Part shown: positions 40,822 to 49,973 of the stretch, piece after piece | How positions within the stretch are numbered: the first letter of the stretch is position 1 | Layout of the letters: every line of letters starts with the position of its first letter | Source: Bacteroidota bacterium | GTDB lineage: Bacteria > Bacteroidota > Bacteroidia > Bacteroidales > PWNQ01 | NCBI GenBank assembly: GCA_051748205.1 | Contig: JBNJHE010000001.1 | Span: 1-60,024 of the forward strand | Direction: 5' to 3' | DNA: 60,024 nucleotides | Translations under genes and position numbers: made by a program | Notes under the pieces: generated by a model | Seen by the model: the letters and a program-made list of their open reading frames with translations, nothing else | Database searches by the model: none | Told to the model about the DNA's origin: nothing

Positions 40822-41313
40822 TTAGGGCATATAAATGGGCTCCTTGCTTGCAATGTTGCGAATTTCGATAAACTTGTTTTTGTTGCGCCATTGTACAATT
40901 AACAAGTCTTTTCCTTTCAGTGAATTGGGAATGTCAAAGTCATTTTTTGGGGGCGGAATCATATTGCCCTGGTTGCCTTTATTTTGGTGAATTGCAAAAC
41001 TTAAAGTGACCGTGTCATTTTTTTCAGCCTTTGTTAAATAGTTATGCTGATTATCAATGTTGAAGTGTGTCTGGGGGTGGTTTTGCGGAATAATTTTTAT
41101 ATTTTCAATAAATTTTCCGTTAATAATGACACCGGAAAAGCTAAGTTTTTTCGGTTTTTTCTTTATGCTAACATTTAGGCGGTATTCGGAGGCGATTCCG
41201 GATCCCTGGACCCCACCATAAACTTTTTGAACAGAGGCCTGGTTAATTTCAACCGGGCTGGTCTTAAATAAACCCCAAAGGAAACAACTAATGATTAGTA
41301 TTTTAAATGTCAT
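40822..41313 (-). CDS. Hypothetical small secreted protein
   Basis: Signal peptide (MTFKILIISCFLWGLF) and beta-rich composition. It lies 6 nt downstream of the permease gene. Confidence 0.5.
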   Translation of the reverse strand: MTFKILIISCFLWGLFKTSPVEINQASVQKVYGGVQGSGIASEYRLNVSIKKKPKKLSFSGVIINGKFIENIKIIPQNHPQTHFNIDNQHNYLTKAEKNDTVTLSFAIHQNKGNQGNMIPPPKNDFDIPNSLKGKDLLIVQWRNKNKFIEIRNIASKEPIYMP

Positions 41314-41319
41314 GATAGG

Positions 41320-42579
41320 TTAATTTCCGGTTCGAATTGCTTCTACTGGATTGATATGGGCAGCTTGTAAAGCCGGCGTAATTCCTGCCAGTATTCCTAC
41401 AGTTATAGAAACGGCTAACCCCAGCAAAATGTTTGATTGGTTTAAATAAAGTGTAAATTCCATTCCTCCCACATCAATATCTGCAAGTACGACTGTACTT
41501 ATCCAAACAAAAAACAGTCCTAATAGCCCTCCGATGAGCGAAAGGATAACAGATTCGAATAGAAATTGCAAAAGGATAAAATAATTCTTTGCTCCAATGG
41601 CTTTTTGGATGCCAATAATTTTTGTACGTTCTTTAACAGAGACAAACATGATATTCGCAATGCCAAAACCTCCTACAAAGATGGCAATACCTCCGATAAA
41701 CCACCCGATTAAGCTCATTGTATTGAACATTTTGTTTAAGTTTTCGCTTGCTACATTTACTTCATTAATGGCAAAATTATCTTTTTCATTAGGTGGAAGG
41801 CTTCTTAGAGAGCGCATTACAGCAGTGAGTTCACCATTAAAAAATTCAAGCGGTACTTCCTTGCGGGCGCGTGTCATTATTGTAGGATTCAGGTTTTCAT
41901 TTTTCAGGTTAAAAATGGTTCGCAAATAATTGACGGGAAGCAGAATTTGTTCGTCAGGGGAGTCGCCAAAATTACTCAGTCCCTTTTTTTCAATTACTCC
42001 TGCCACCGTAATTTTTCGTCCATACAAACGAATTTGTTTTCCGATGGGACTAGAGTTGGGGAATAATTCCGAAGCAACATCAAAACCCAGCAAGGAGACA
42101 TTGCCTCCGCGCTGGCTTTCAGCGAAAGTGAAATATCGTCCTTCGCTCAGATTTAAATCCTCTAATTTATTATAATTATGACTAACCCCAAGGATATCGA
42201 CGCTAGCGATATGGCGGTCGCGGTACTTTGGGACTCCATTGGTTCCAGCCAAAAAGGCAAAAGCCTCAGCGCCCTGAACACGGTTTTCCAATTGCTGCAT
42301 TTCTTTTAATGTCACCACTGGGCGGTTCATATATTCCCACCATTGGTATTCTCCTCCAAACCCCCATGGCCATTTTTGGATGAAAATAGTACTGCGTCCC
42401 AATGAGCGCATACTGTCTTTAATCGTCTTTTCCATCGAGTCTACTGTCGTCAAAACAAAAATGATAGCAAAAATGCCAATTGTTATGCCGAGCAATGACA
42501 AAAGGGTCCGCAATTTATTATTAGTCAAAGCCTGAATAGCAAACCTTGAGCTGTCCCGTATAAGTCTGAATATGATCAT
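41320..42579 (-). CDS. ABC transporter permease, FtsX/MacB-like
   Basis: The layout is an N-terminal TM helix, a large periplasmic domain of about 230 aa, then three C-terminal TM helices (FtsX domain; KAIGAKNYFILLQFLFES). The ATG at 42579 is preferred over the TTG at 42699. Confidence 0.85.
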   Translation of the reverse strand: MIIFRLIRDSSRFAIQALTNNKLRTLLSLLGITIGIFAIIFVLTTVDSMEKTIKDSMRSLGRSTIFIQKWPWGFGGEYQWWEYMNRPVVTLKEMQQLENRVQGAEAFAFLAGTNGVPKYRDRHIASVDILGVSHNYNKLEDLNLSEGRYFTFAESQRGGNVSLLGFDVASELFPNSSPIGKQIRLYGRKITVAGVIEKKGLSNFGDSPDEQILLPVNYLRTIFNLKNENLNPTIMTRARKEVPLEFFNGELTAVMRSLRSLPPNEKDNFAINEVNVASENLNKMFNTMSLIGWFIGGIAIFVGGFGIANIMFVSVKERTKIIGIQKAIGAKNYFILLQFLFESVILSLIGGLLGLFFVWISTVVLADIDVGGMEFTLYLNQSNILLGLAVSITVGILAGITPALQAAHINPVEAIRTGN

Positions 42580-42723
42580 AACTGCACGATAAAGGTATAA
42601 GATTTTATTTAAACAGGGGCTATTGTTTTTATTGAACTTTTTTCTTAAAATTGCAAGCATTAAAAAGAGTAGCTTAAAATCTTTAACTTTCTGTTGCAAA
42701 GAGTTATATAAAAACCTATTTTC

Positions 42724-44241
42724 ATGAAGCCAATCAAAAGTGCCCTTATCTCAGTATTTCATAAAGAGAAAATAAAGCCATTAATACAAACACTACGAAA
42801 GCATAATATACAGATTTTTTCTACCGGCGGAACCTTAAAGGCGATTCAGGAAATGGGATATCAAGCAAAGGCAGTGGAGAAATTAACGGGCTATCCTTCC
42901 GTTTTGGGCGGACGGGTAAAAACGCTGCATCCTTTGGTGTTTGGTGGTATTTTAAAGCGTCGGCATGAAGAACAAGACCAAAGAGACAGTGAAACATATC
43001 AGATTCCGGATATTGATTTGGTTATTGTTGACCTTTACCCGTTTACAGAAACAGTAGCACAACAAGCTACGCACCAGGAGAGTATTGAGAAAATTGACAT
43101 AGGGGGGATTTCCTTGATTCGGGCGGCGGCTAAGAACTATCATGATACAATGGTAGTTCCTTCAGTAGATTATTTTGACAGACTGCTGCAAATTCTTGAT
43201 GAACAGCAAGGAAGAACCACAGAAACGCAAAGACGGGAAATGGCTGCTGCTGCTTTTGCGATTTCTTCAGCTTATGATACCGCCATATTTCACTATTTGA
43301 ATGCCGGTGTTGAACACCCTGGACTTCGCTTTGCAGAAGATGAATCCAGAACCTTACGTTATGGTGAAAACCCTCACCAGGACGGTGTGTTTTATGGCGC
43401 TTTGGAAGAACTGCTAGAACAATTGCACGGAAAGGAAATATCGTACAATAACATCGTAGATATTGATGCCGGTGTACAACTGATATCAGAATTTGATCAG
43501 ACAGTATTTGCTGTTTTAAAGCATACAAATGCGTGTGGATTAGCGGTAGACCAGGATATTACAACAGCCTGGAAAAAAGCTCTGGCCGGAGATCCTGTCT
43601 CGGCCTTTGGAGGTGTTCTGGTGACCAATGCCGTTATCAACAAAGCTGTTGCTGAGGAGATCAACAAAATTTTCTTTGAGGTTCTGGTTGCTCCGGATTA
43701 TGATCAGGAGGCATTAGCAGTTTTGAAGCAAAAGAAAAACAGAATTTTACTTAAGCAAAAGCGCCCTTATTCGGGAACGAAAATGATGAAAAGTGCTTTG
43801 AATGGAGTCCTGATTCAGGATCGTGATGTGGCACTAACCGAGGCTGTGGATTGGAAACTGCCAACCCAAAAACAACCGCAAGAAAATCAAAAGAGTGACT
43901 TGCTTTTTGCCATGAAGGCAGTCAAACATACCAAGTCAAATGCCATTGTGCTTGTAAAAGGAAACCAATTGCTGGGGAGTGGCGTTGGGCAAACATCCCG
44001 GGTTGATGCACTGAAGCAGGCCATAGAAAAGGCCCAGCGTTTTGGCTTTGATCTTGAGGGTGCAGTTATGGGTAGTGATGCTTTTTTCCCTTTTGCAGAT
44101 AGTGTTGAAATAGCTCATCAGTATGGGATTTCGGCAGTGATACAACCAGGGGGCTCAAAGCGCGATGAGGATTCGATACGCTTTTGTGATGAACACCAAA
44201 TGGCTATGGTCTTTACTGGAAAGCGACATTTTAAACATTAA
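42724..44241 (+). CDS. purH: Bifunctional AICAR transformylase / IMP cyclohydrolase
   Basis: MGS-like N-terminus (ALISVFHKEK..STGGT) and a C-terminal AICARFT domain (QPGGSKRD). Confidence 0.95.
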   Translation: MKPIKSALISVFHKEKIKPLIQTLRKHNIQIFSTGGTLKAIQEMGYQAKAVEKLTGYPSVLGGRVKTLHPLVFGGILKRRHEEQDQRDSETYQIPDIDLVIVDLYPFTETVAQQATHQESIEKIDIGGISLIRAAAKNYHDTMVVPSVDYFDRLLQILDEQQGRTTETQRREMAAAAFAISSAYDTAIFHYLNAGVEHPGLRFAEDESRTLRYGENPHQDGVFYGALEELLEQLHGKEISYNNIVDIDAGVQLISEFDQTVFAVLKHTNACGLAVDQDITTAWKKALAGDPVSAFGGVLVTNAVINKAVAEEINKIFFEVLVAPDYDQEALAVLKQKKNRILLKQKRPYSGTKMMKSALNGVLIQDRDVALTEAVDWKLPTQKQPQENQKSDLLFAMKAVKHTKSNAIVLVKGNQLLGSGVGQTSRVDALKQAIEKAQRFGFDLEGAVMGSDAFFPFADSVEIAHQYGISAVIQPGGSKRDEDSIRFCDEHQMAMVFTGKRHFKH

Positions 44242-44312
44242 ATTTACAGAAAATAGCAAAAGCTGTTGTATCTTTACCCGTTAAAATAATACCAAGCAAA
44301 CATAAATAACAC

Positions 44313-45335
44313 ATGGGACTGTTTTCATTTTTTAACAAAGAGATTGCAATCGACCTGGGAACGGCGAATACTATAATTATCCACAATGATAAAGTTGTTG
44401 TAGATGAACCTTCCATAGTTGCCATAGACCGCAGAACGGAAAAGATTATTGCTGTGGGGAAGAAGGCGATGATGATGCACGGAAAGACGCATCAGGATAT
44501 TTTGACAATCCGCCCGTTGCGTGATGGGGTAATTGCCAATTTCCAGGCTGCGGAATATATGATTCGTGAGTTTATTAAAATGATTGGATCGCGAAACTCT
44601 CTGTTTCCTCCATCACTAAAGATGGTTGTTTGTATTCCATCCGGGATTACGGAGGTGGAAGAGCGTGCAGTACGTGAATCGGCAGAACAAGCCGGCGCGC
44701 GTGATGTACGCCTTATTCATGAACCTATGGCTGCTGCTATCGGCATTGGGATAGATGTACTTGAGCCTTCGGGGAATATGATTATTGATATCGGAGGCGG
44801 TACCAGCGAAATTGCTGTTATTGCCCTTGGTGGAATTGTCAACAATAAGTCTATACGTATTGCCGGAGATGACTTTACTCAGGATATTATGCAATATATG
44901 CGCAAACAGCATAATATCAATATTGGCGAGAGAACCGCTGAGCGTATAAAAATTCAAGTGGGCGCAGCAATGACTGAAATTGATAATCCTCCGGAAGATT
45001 ACGCTGTCCATGGAAGGGATATGCTGACAGGGATTCCGAAAGAAATTCTGGTCAACTATGCTGAAATCGCACATTGCTTAGATAAATCAATATCAAAAGT
45101 AGAAACGGCAATATTAAATGCATTGGAAATGACTCCACCGGAGCTTTCTGCTGATATTTTTAATACTGGAATATACCTGGCCGGAGGAGGCTCTATGCTT
45201 CGCGGCCTGGATAAACGTATTCAGATGAAGACTAAACTGCCGGTTCATGTGGCGGAAGACCCTATCCGCGCCGTAGCCCGGGGCACTGGTATTGCCCTGA
45301 AAAACTTTGATAAATTTACTTTCCTGATTAAGTAA
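44313..45335 (+). CDS. mreB: Rod shape-determining protein MreB
   Basis: IAIDLGTANT, EPMAAAIG and IDIGGGTSE actin-fold motifs. Confidence 0.95.
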   Translation: MGLFSFFNKEIAIDLGTANTIIIHNDKVVVDEPSIVAIDRRTEKIIAVGKKAMMMHGKTHQDILTIRPLRDGVIANFQAAEYMIREFIKMIGSRNSLFPPSLKMVVCIPSGITEVEERAVRESAEQAGARDVRLIHEPMAAAIGIGIDVLEPSGNMIIDIGGGTSEIAVIALGGIVNNKSIRIAGDDFTQDIMQYMRKQHNINIGERTAERIKIQVGAAMTEIDNPPEDYAVHGRDMLTGIPKEILVNYAEIAHCLDKSISKVETAILNALEMTPPELSADIFNTGIYLAGGGSMLRGLDKRIQMKTKLPVHVAEDPIRAVARGTGIALKNFDKFTFLIK

Positions 45336-45427
45336 TACCCCTGGAGCACGGAAAAGGAGTTGCCAGACAGCAATTGATGGTTGGATGAAAGCAAAATCAT
45401 TAGTAACAAAAGAAACAGGCTCTTTGT

Positions 45428-46264
45428 ATGCGTAACCTCATCCTGTTTTTGTGGAAGCACAATTTTTTTCTGCTGTTTCTGTTGTTGGAAACCCTGGCAG
45501 TCTTTCTTATCGTGCAGCAAAATTACTATCATAAAAATGTGTTTGTCCATTCTGCCAACAGCGTAACAGGAGAATTATATGAATTCACACATGCCATCAA
45601 GGGTTATTTTACACTGAATCGTGAAAATGCTGAGTTAGCTGAAGAAAATGCCCGGTTAAGAAGTGCATCAAGGAGAGCTTTTATGGTTACTAACATGAAT
45701 TCGATTACCCGGGAAGACACGCTGTATCGCAGGCACCTGGAATATATCCCTGCTCGCGTTATTTCGGGCTCAGTGCGCCGGCGTAGCAACAACTGGATGA
45801 TCAATAAAGGAACAGATCAGGGCTTATCTACTGAAATGGCGGTCATATCACCCAATGGAGTTGTTGGAATTATTGTAGAGACATCTGCAGATTTTAGCCT
45901 GGTTTATCCTTTGTTACACAAAAGTACTCATTTAAGCGTGAAGCTGAAAAAAAATCAGCATAAAGGATTTATTACCTGGCCGGGAGGAGACTATAGAACA
46001 GGAGTGCTTAATGATATTCCTGCCCACGTTAATGTTGCCCGGGGTGATACCGTCGTTACCAGCGGAAACTCTATGATGTTTCCTGAAAATGTCCTGGTAG
46101 GTACAGTACTTGATGCTAAGATTGAACAAGGAAGTAGTTTTTATGATATTCAAATTAGGTTTTCTGAAGACTATAACCGGACAGAGTATGTCTATGTTGT
46201 CAAGAATATAATGAAACAGGAACAAGAGGAGCTATTAAAAAAATCTGAAGATGCATCCCAATAA
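45428..46264 (+). CDS. mreC: Rod shape-determining protein MreC
   Basis: N-terminal TM helix, coiled coil (ENAELAEENARLR), beta-barrel domains and a position after mreB. Confidence 0.85.
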   Translation: MRNLILFLWKHNFFLLFLLLETLAVFLIVQQNYYHKNVFVHSANSVTGELYEFTHAIKGYFTLNRENAELAEENARLRSASRRAFMVTNMNSITREDTLYRRHLEYIPARVISGSVRRRSNNWMINKGTDQGLSTEMAVISPNGVVGIIVETSADFSLVYPLLHKSTHLSVKLKKNQHKGFITWPGGDYRTGVLNDIPAHVNVARGDTVVTSGNSMMFPENVLVGTVLDAKIEQGSSFYDIQIRFSEDYNRTEYVYVVKNIMKQEQEELLKKSEDASQ

Positions 46265-46778
46265 GATCATAATATACATAGCACGTTTCGTAATTCTGGT
46301 TTTGCTACAGGGCTTAGTGCTCAATCATATGAATATTAGCGGGTACCTGAATCCGTTATTGTATATTATGTTTATCTTGCTGTTGCCATTTGATTTTTCC
46401 CGGCCGTGGTCATTGGTTTTGGCTTTTTTACTGGGATACTCTGTGGATTTATTTTCCGGAACACCCGGAATGCATGCTGCCGCTACTGTTTTTGTTGCTT
46501 TCCTGAGGCCTTTTTTCCTTAATACTATTGGAAAACGCGAAGATGATGAAATAGATGCAGAACCAACAATTCAAAATTTGGGCTTTAGAAAGGTTTTATC
46601 TTTTAACACCATCATGGTCATTATTCACCATTTAATGTTTTTTTATATTGAAGCATTCCGGTTATCAGAGTTCTTTGCTACTTTATGGCGCGCTGTACTA
46701 AGTTCAATCTTTACCATAATTTTTATTATGTTGATACAGGTGTTGTTTTTTAGCTGGCAGAAAAAACGAAAACTGTAA
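46251..46778 (+). CDS. mreD: Rod shape-determining protein MreD
   Basis: A five-TM small protein that overlaps the mreC 3' end. Confidence 0.7.
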   Translation: MHPNKIIIYIARFVILVLLQGLVLNHMNISGYLNPLLYIMFILLLPFDFSRPWSLVLAFLLGYSVDLFSGTPGMHAAATVFVAFLRPFFLNTIGKREDDEIDAEPTIQNLGFRKVLSFNTIMVIIHHLMFFYIEAFRLSEFFATLWRAVLSSIFTIIFIMLIQVLFFSWQKKRKL

Positions 46779-46825
46779 ACGGAATATCACATAAAATATC
46801 CTATATTTCCAATTGTTAGTATAGC

Positions 46826-48109
46826 ATGAGCACAAGGAATCAGCAATATCATACGGAGATAATGGCACCTGTAGGTTCATTTGAATCACTGTCAGCAGCC
46901 ATTCAGGCTGGCGCCGATTCGGTATATTTTGGCGTCGGTCATTTGAATATGCGCTCAAAATCATCCCATAATTTTTCTTTGGATGATCTAAAGACGATTA
47001 CAGAGCGATGCCTTGACAGCGGTGTGCGGGCCTACTTAGCACTCAACACTGTTGTGTACGATGACGAGCTGCATGAAATGAAACTACTTGTTGATGCTGC
47101 AAAAGAACATCACATATCAGCCATTATCGCTTCAGATATGGCTGTGATTCAATATGCCCGTCAACAGGGAATGGAAGTGCATATGTCAACACAAACCAAT
47201 ATCACAAATATAGAATCGGTAAAATACTATGCGCAATATGCTGATGTGATGGTTATGGCCCGCGAACTGAATATCCGACAGGTAAAGAATATTACAGATG
47301 CAATTGTCCGGGACAATATTTGTGGGCCAGGCGGTAAGCCGGTACAGGTAGAGATGTTTGTTCACGGAGCTTTATGCATGGCCGTATCCGGAAAGTGTTA
47401 TTTGAGCCTTGACCTGCTTAACTCTTCTGCAAACCGGGGAGCCTGCCTGCAGCCTTGCCGGAGAGCATATTCAGTTAAAGATAAGCGCGATGATGTTGAA
47501 CTGGAGATTGACCATGAATATATTATGTCTCCTAAAGATTTGAAAACGATAGACTTTCTGGATAAAATATTAAAGGCCGGGGTGCAAATCCTTAAAATTG
47601 AAGGTCGGGGGCGTGCTCCTGAATATGTTAAAACGGTAGTAAAAACATATAAGCAGGCTGTAAGAGCCTATTTTAATGGCGAATTTACGACTGATAAAAC
47701 CACTTTTTGGACACAGCAATTAAAAACAGTATACAACCGCGATTTTTGGGATGGTTATTATCTTGGCAGAAGACTTGGGGAATGGTCTCAAAAACCCGGA
47801 TCTCAGGCAACACAAAAGAAAGTTTATATTGGAAAAATCACTAATTATTTTTCAAACAAAAAGGTGGTCGAAGTAGCTATACAAACAAAAGACCTGCACC
47901 TTTCCGACAACATTATCATTGTTGGGCCGACAACAGGAGTCGTTGAAACCCGTCTAGACGAATTGCGTGTCGACGACCGTAACGTGGACAGTGCTATTAA
48001 AGGAGAAAGTTGCTCTTTCCCTGTCAATGCGATGGTTCGGCGTTCAGACAAGGTTTATAAGTTGCTTGAGGTTGATCCTGATAGCGAAGCAGATGCCCGT
48101 TACCAATAA
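46826..48109 (+). CDS. Peptidase U32 family protein (YegQ/TrhP-like)
   Basis: EIMAPVGSFESLSAAIQAGADSVYFG N-terminus, the U32 signature region E..VHGALC.A.SG.C.LS, and KIEGR. Confidence 0.85.
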   Translation: MSTRNQQYHTEIMAPVGSFESLSAAIQAGADSVYFGVGHLNMRSKSSHNFSLDDLKTITERCLDSGVRAYLALNTVVYDDELHEMKLLVDAAKEHHISAIIASDMAVIQYARQQGMEVHMSTQTNITNIESVKYYAQYADVMVMARELNIRQVKNITDAIVRDNICGPGGKPVQVEMFVHGALCMAVSGKCYLSLDLLNSSANRGACLQPCRRAYSVKDKRDDVELEIDHEYIMSPKDLKTIDFLDKILKAGVQILKIEGRGRAPEYVKTVVKTYKQAVRAYFNGEFTTDKTTFWTQQLKTVYNRDFWDGYYLGRRLGEWSQKPGSQATQKKVYIGKITNYFSNKKVVEVAIQTKDLHLSDNIIIVGPTTGVVETRLDELRVDDRNVDSAIKGESCSFPVNAMVRRSDKVYKLLEVDPDSEADARYQ

Positions 48110-48115
48110 AAAAAA

Positions 48116-48137
48116 AGCTGTTCTATAAAGAACAGCT
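48116..48137 (-). terminator. Intrinsic terminator of glyQS
   Basis: A 9-bp perfect stem agctgttct/agaacagct with a 4-nt loop. On the minus-strand RNA it is followed by a U-run (plus-strand A-run 48108-48116). It lies 29 nt downstream of the glyQS stop, between convergent genes. Confidence 0.65.
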
Positions 48138-48165
48138 AAAAAGCGGGTTGCAAAAAAATTCAGGC

Positions 48166-49716
48166 TTAAAGAAAATTTATCCGCTTTTTGATTATTTCTT
48201 TCAGTTCGTCTTTGTTGACACGATCTTGTTTCATGCTATCTCGTTCGCGGATCGTAACTGTATTGTCTTCCAGCGTTTGATGATCTACTGTGATGCAATA
48301 GGGAGTACCAATGGCATCATGTCTGCGGTAGCGCTTCCCAATGGTGTCTTTTTCTTCGTAGTGACAATTGAATTCATATTTGAGCTCATCCATGATATTA
48401 CGAGCCTTGTCCGGCAGGCCATCTTTTTTTGTGAGTGGAAAAATGGCAGCTTTATATGGCGATAACATGGGCGGAATTTTTAGCACCACGCGCTCAGATT
48501 GATCCTCTAATTGCTCTTCAGTGTATGCAGATGTAAGAACGGCTAAAAACATACGGTCTAATCCGATGGATGTTTCAACAACGTATGGAACATATTGTTT
48601 ATTGTTGTCTGAATCGAAATATTGTAATTTTTTTCCGGAGTAGGTTTGGTGTGCACTCAGGTCAAAATCGGTACGCGAATGGATGCCCTCCAGCTCTTTG
48701 AACCCAAAGGGGAAGCGGAATTCAATATCATAGGCAGCGTTGGCATAATGTGCCAGTTTTTCATGCTTATACAGGCGATAATAGTCTTCTGCTATGCCAA
48801 GAGCGCTATGCCATTTTATCCGTTCATTTTTCCAAAATTCAAACCACTCCATTTCGGTTCCGGGACGAACAAAAAACTGCATTTCCATTTGTTCAAATTC
48901 GCGCATGCGAAAAATAAACTGCCTGGCTACAATCTCGTTTCTGAACGCCTTGCCGATTTGTGCTATGCCAAAAGGAATCTTCATTCGCCCGGTCTTTTGT
49001 ACATTCAGGTAATTGACAAAGATGCCCTGAGCTGTTTCCGGTCGTAGGTAAATTTTACTGTTTTCTTCTGCAGTAGAGCCCAGTTCAGTTGAAAACATCA
49101 GGTTAAACTGCCTGACGTCGGTCCAGTTAGAGGAACCGGAAACCGGGCAGGAAATATTTTCATCTTCAATAATCTGCTTGATTTCATGGAGTTCGTCATT
49201 GTCCAAAGCTTTTACCATGCGCTCCTGCAGGCTTTGGATTTTTTCTGTGTATTTGAGTACTCTGGGATTCGTGTTTGTGAATTGTGCTTCATCAAAAGCT
49301 TCACCAAAGCGCCTGGCTGCTTTTTTTATTTCTTTGTCGATTTTAGACTTTATCTTGTCGATATGGTTTTCAATAAGCTCATCGGCACGGTATCGTTTCT
49401 TGGAGTCCTTATTGTCGATCATGGGGTCGTTAAAAGCATCCAAATGGCCGGAAGCTTTCCATGTTGAGGGATGCATGAAAATAGCAGAATCCAGTCCCAC
49501 GATGTTTTCATGATATTGAACCATGGACTTCCACCAGTATTCTTTAATGTTATTTTTTAATTCAACACCAAACTGTCCATAATCGTAGGCAGCACTCAGC
49601 CCATCATAGATTTCACTGGATGGAAAGATAAATCCGTATTCCTTAGCGTGAGCTATAATCTTTTTAAATAAATCGTCATTCTTGTCTTTGCCCATAGCAA
49701 TTTTTGTTTTAACCAC
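48166..49716 (-). CDS. glyQS: Glycine--tRNA ligase (dimeric, class II)
   Basis: FRNE class II motif 2 region (IGKAFRNEI), GLDR motif 3 region and a C-terminal anticodon-binding domain. Confidence 0.95.
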   Translation of the reverse strand: MVKTKIAMGKDKNDDLFKKIIAHAKEYGFIFPSSEIYDGLSAAYDYGQFGVELKNNIKEYWWKSMVQYHENIVGLDSAIFMHPSTWKASGHLDAFNDPMIDNKDSKKRYRADELIENHIDKIKSKIDKEIKKAARRFGEAFDEAQFTNTNPRVLKYTEKIQSLQERMVKALDNDELHEIKQIIEDENISCPVSGSSNWTDVRQFNLMFSTELGSTAEENSKIYLRPETAQGIFVNYLNVQKTGRMKIPFGIAQIGKAFRNEIVARQFIFRMREFEQMEMQFFVRPGTEMEWFEFWKNERIKWHSALGIAEDYYRLYKHEKLAHYANAAYDIEFRFPFGFKELEGIHSRTDFDLSAHQTYSGKKLQYFDSDNNKQYVPYVVETSIGLDRMFLAVLTSAYTEEQLEDQSERVVLKIPPMLSPYKAAIFPLTKKDGLPDKARNIMDELKYEFNCHYEEKDTIGKRYRRHDAIGTPYCITVDHQTLEDNTVTIRERDSMKQDRVNKDELKEIIKKRINFL

Positions 49717-49924
49717 CTGCCAGAAAATCGATAATATTACCCATCTGGCTGGTTTTTCTTTTGTAGATTTCTGTATATCCGCAATTTTTGCAAGTTACTG
49801 TAGTATACCGTTTATTTTGGACATCAAATAATTTAGCAAAACCACCTCCAGTGGCAGCAAAACTATCTAATTCGTATTCGCGCTTACCACATTTAGGACA
49901 AATGTATTGCTTTTGCTGAACCAT
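49709..49924 (-). CDS. Zinc-ribbon domain protein
   Basis: CPKCG ... CKNCG pair in 71 aa. It overlaps the glyQS start by 8 nt. Confidence 0.65.
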   Translation of the reverse strand: MVQQKQYICPKCGKREYELDSFAATGGGFAKLFDVQNKRYTTVTCKNCGYTEIYKRKTSQMGNIIDFLAGG

Positions 49925-49973
49925 ATCTTTTTTTTGAAGGGTACAAAAGTATAGTTTTTAATTAAAATAATAC

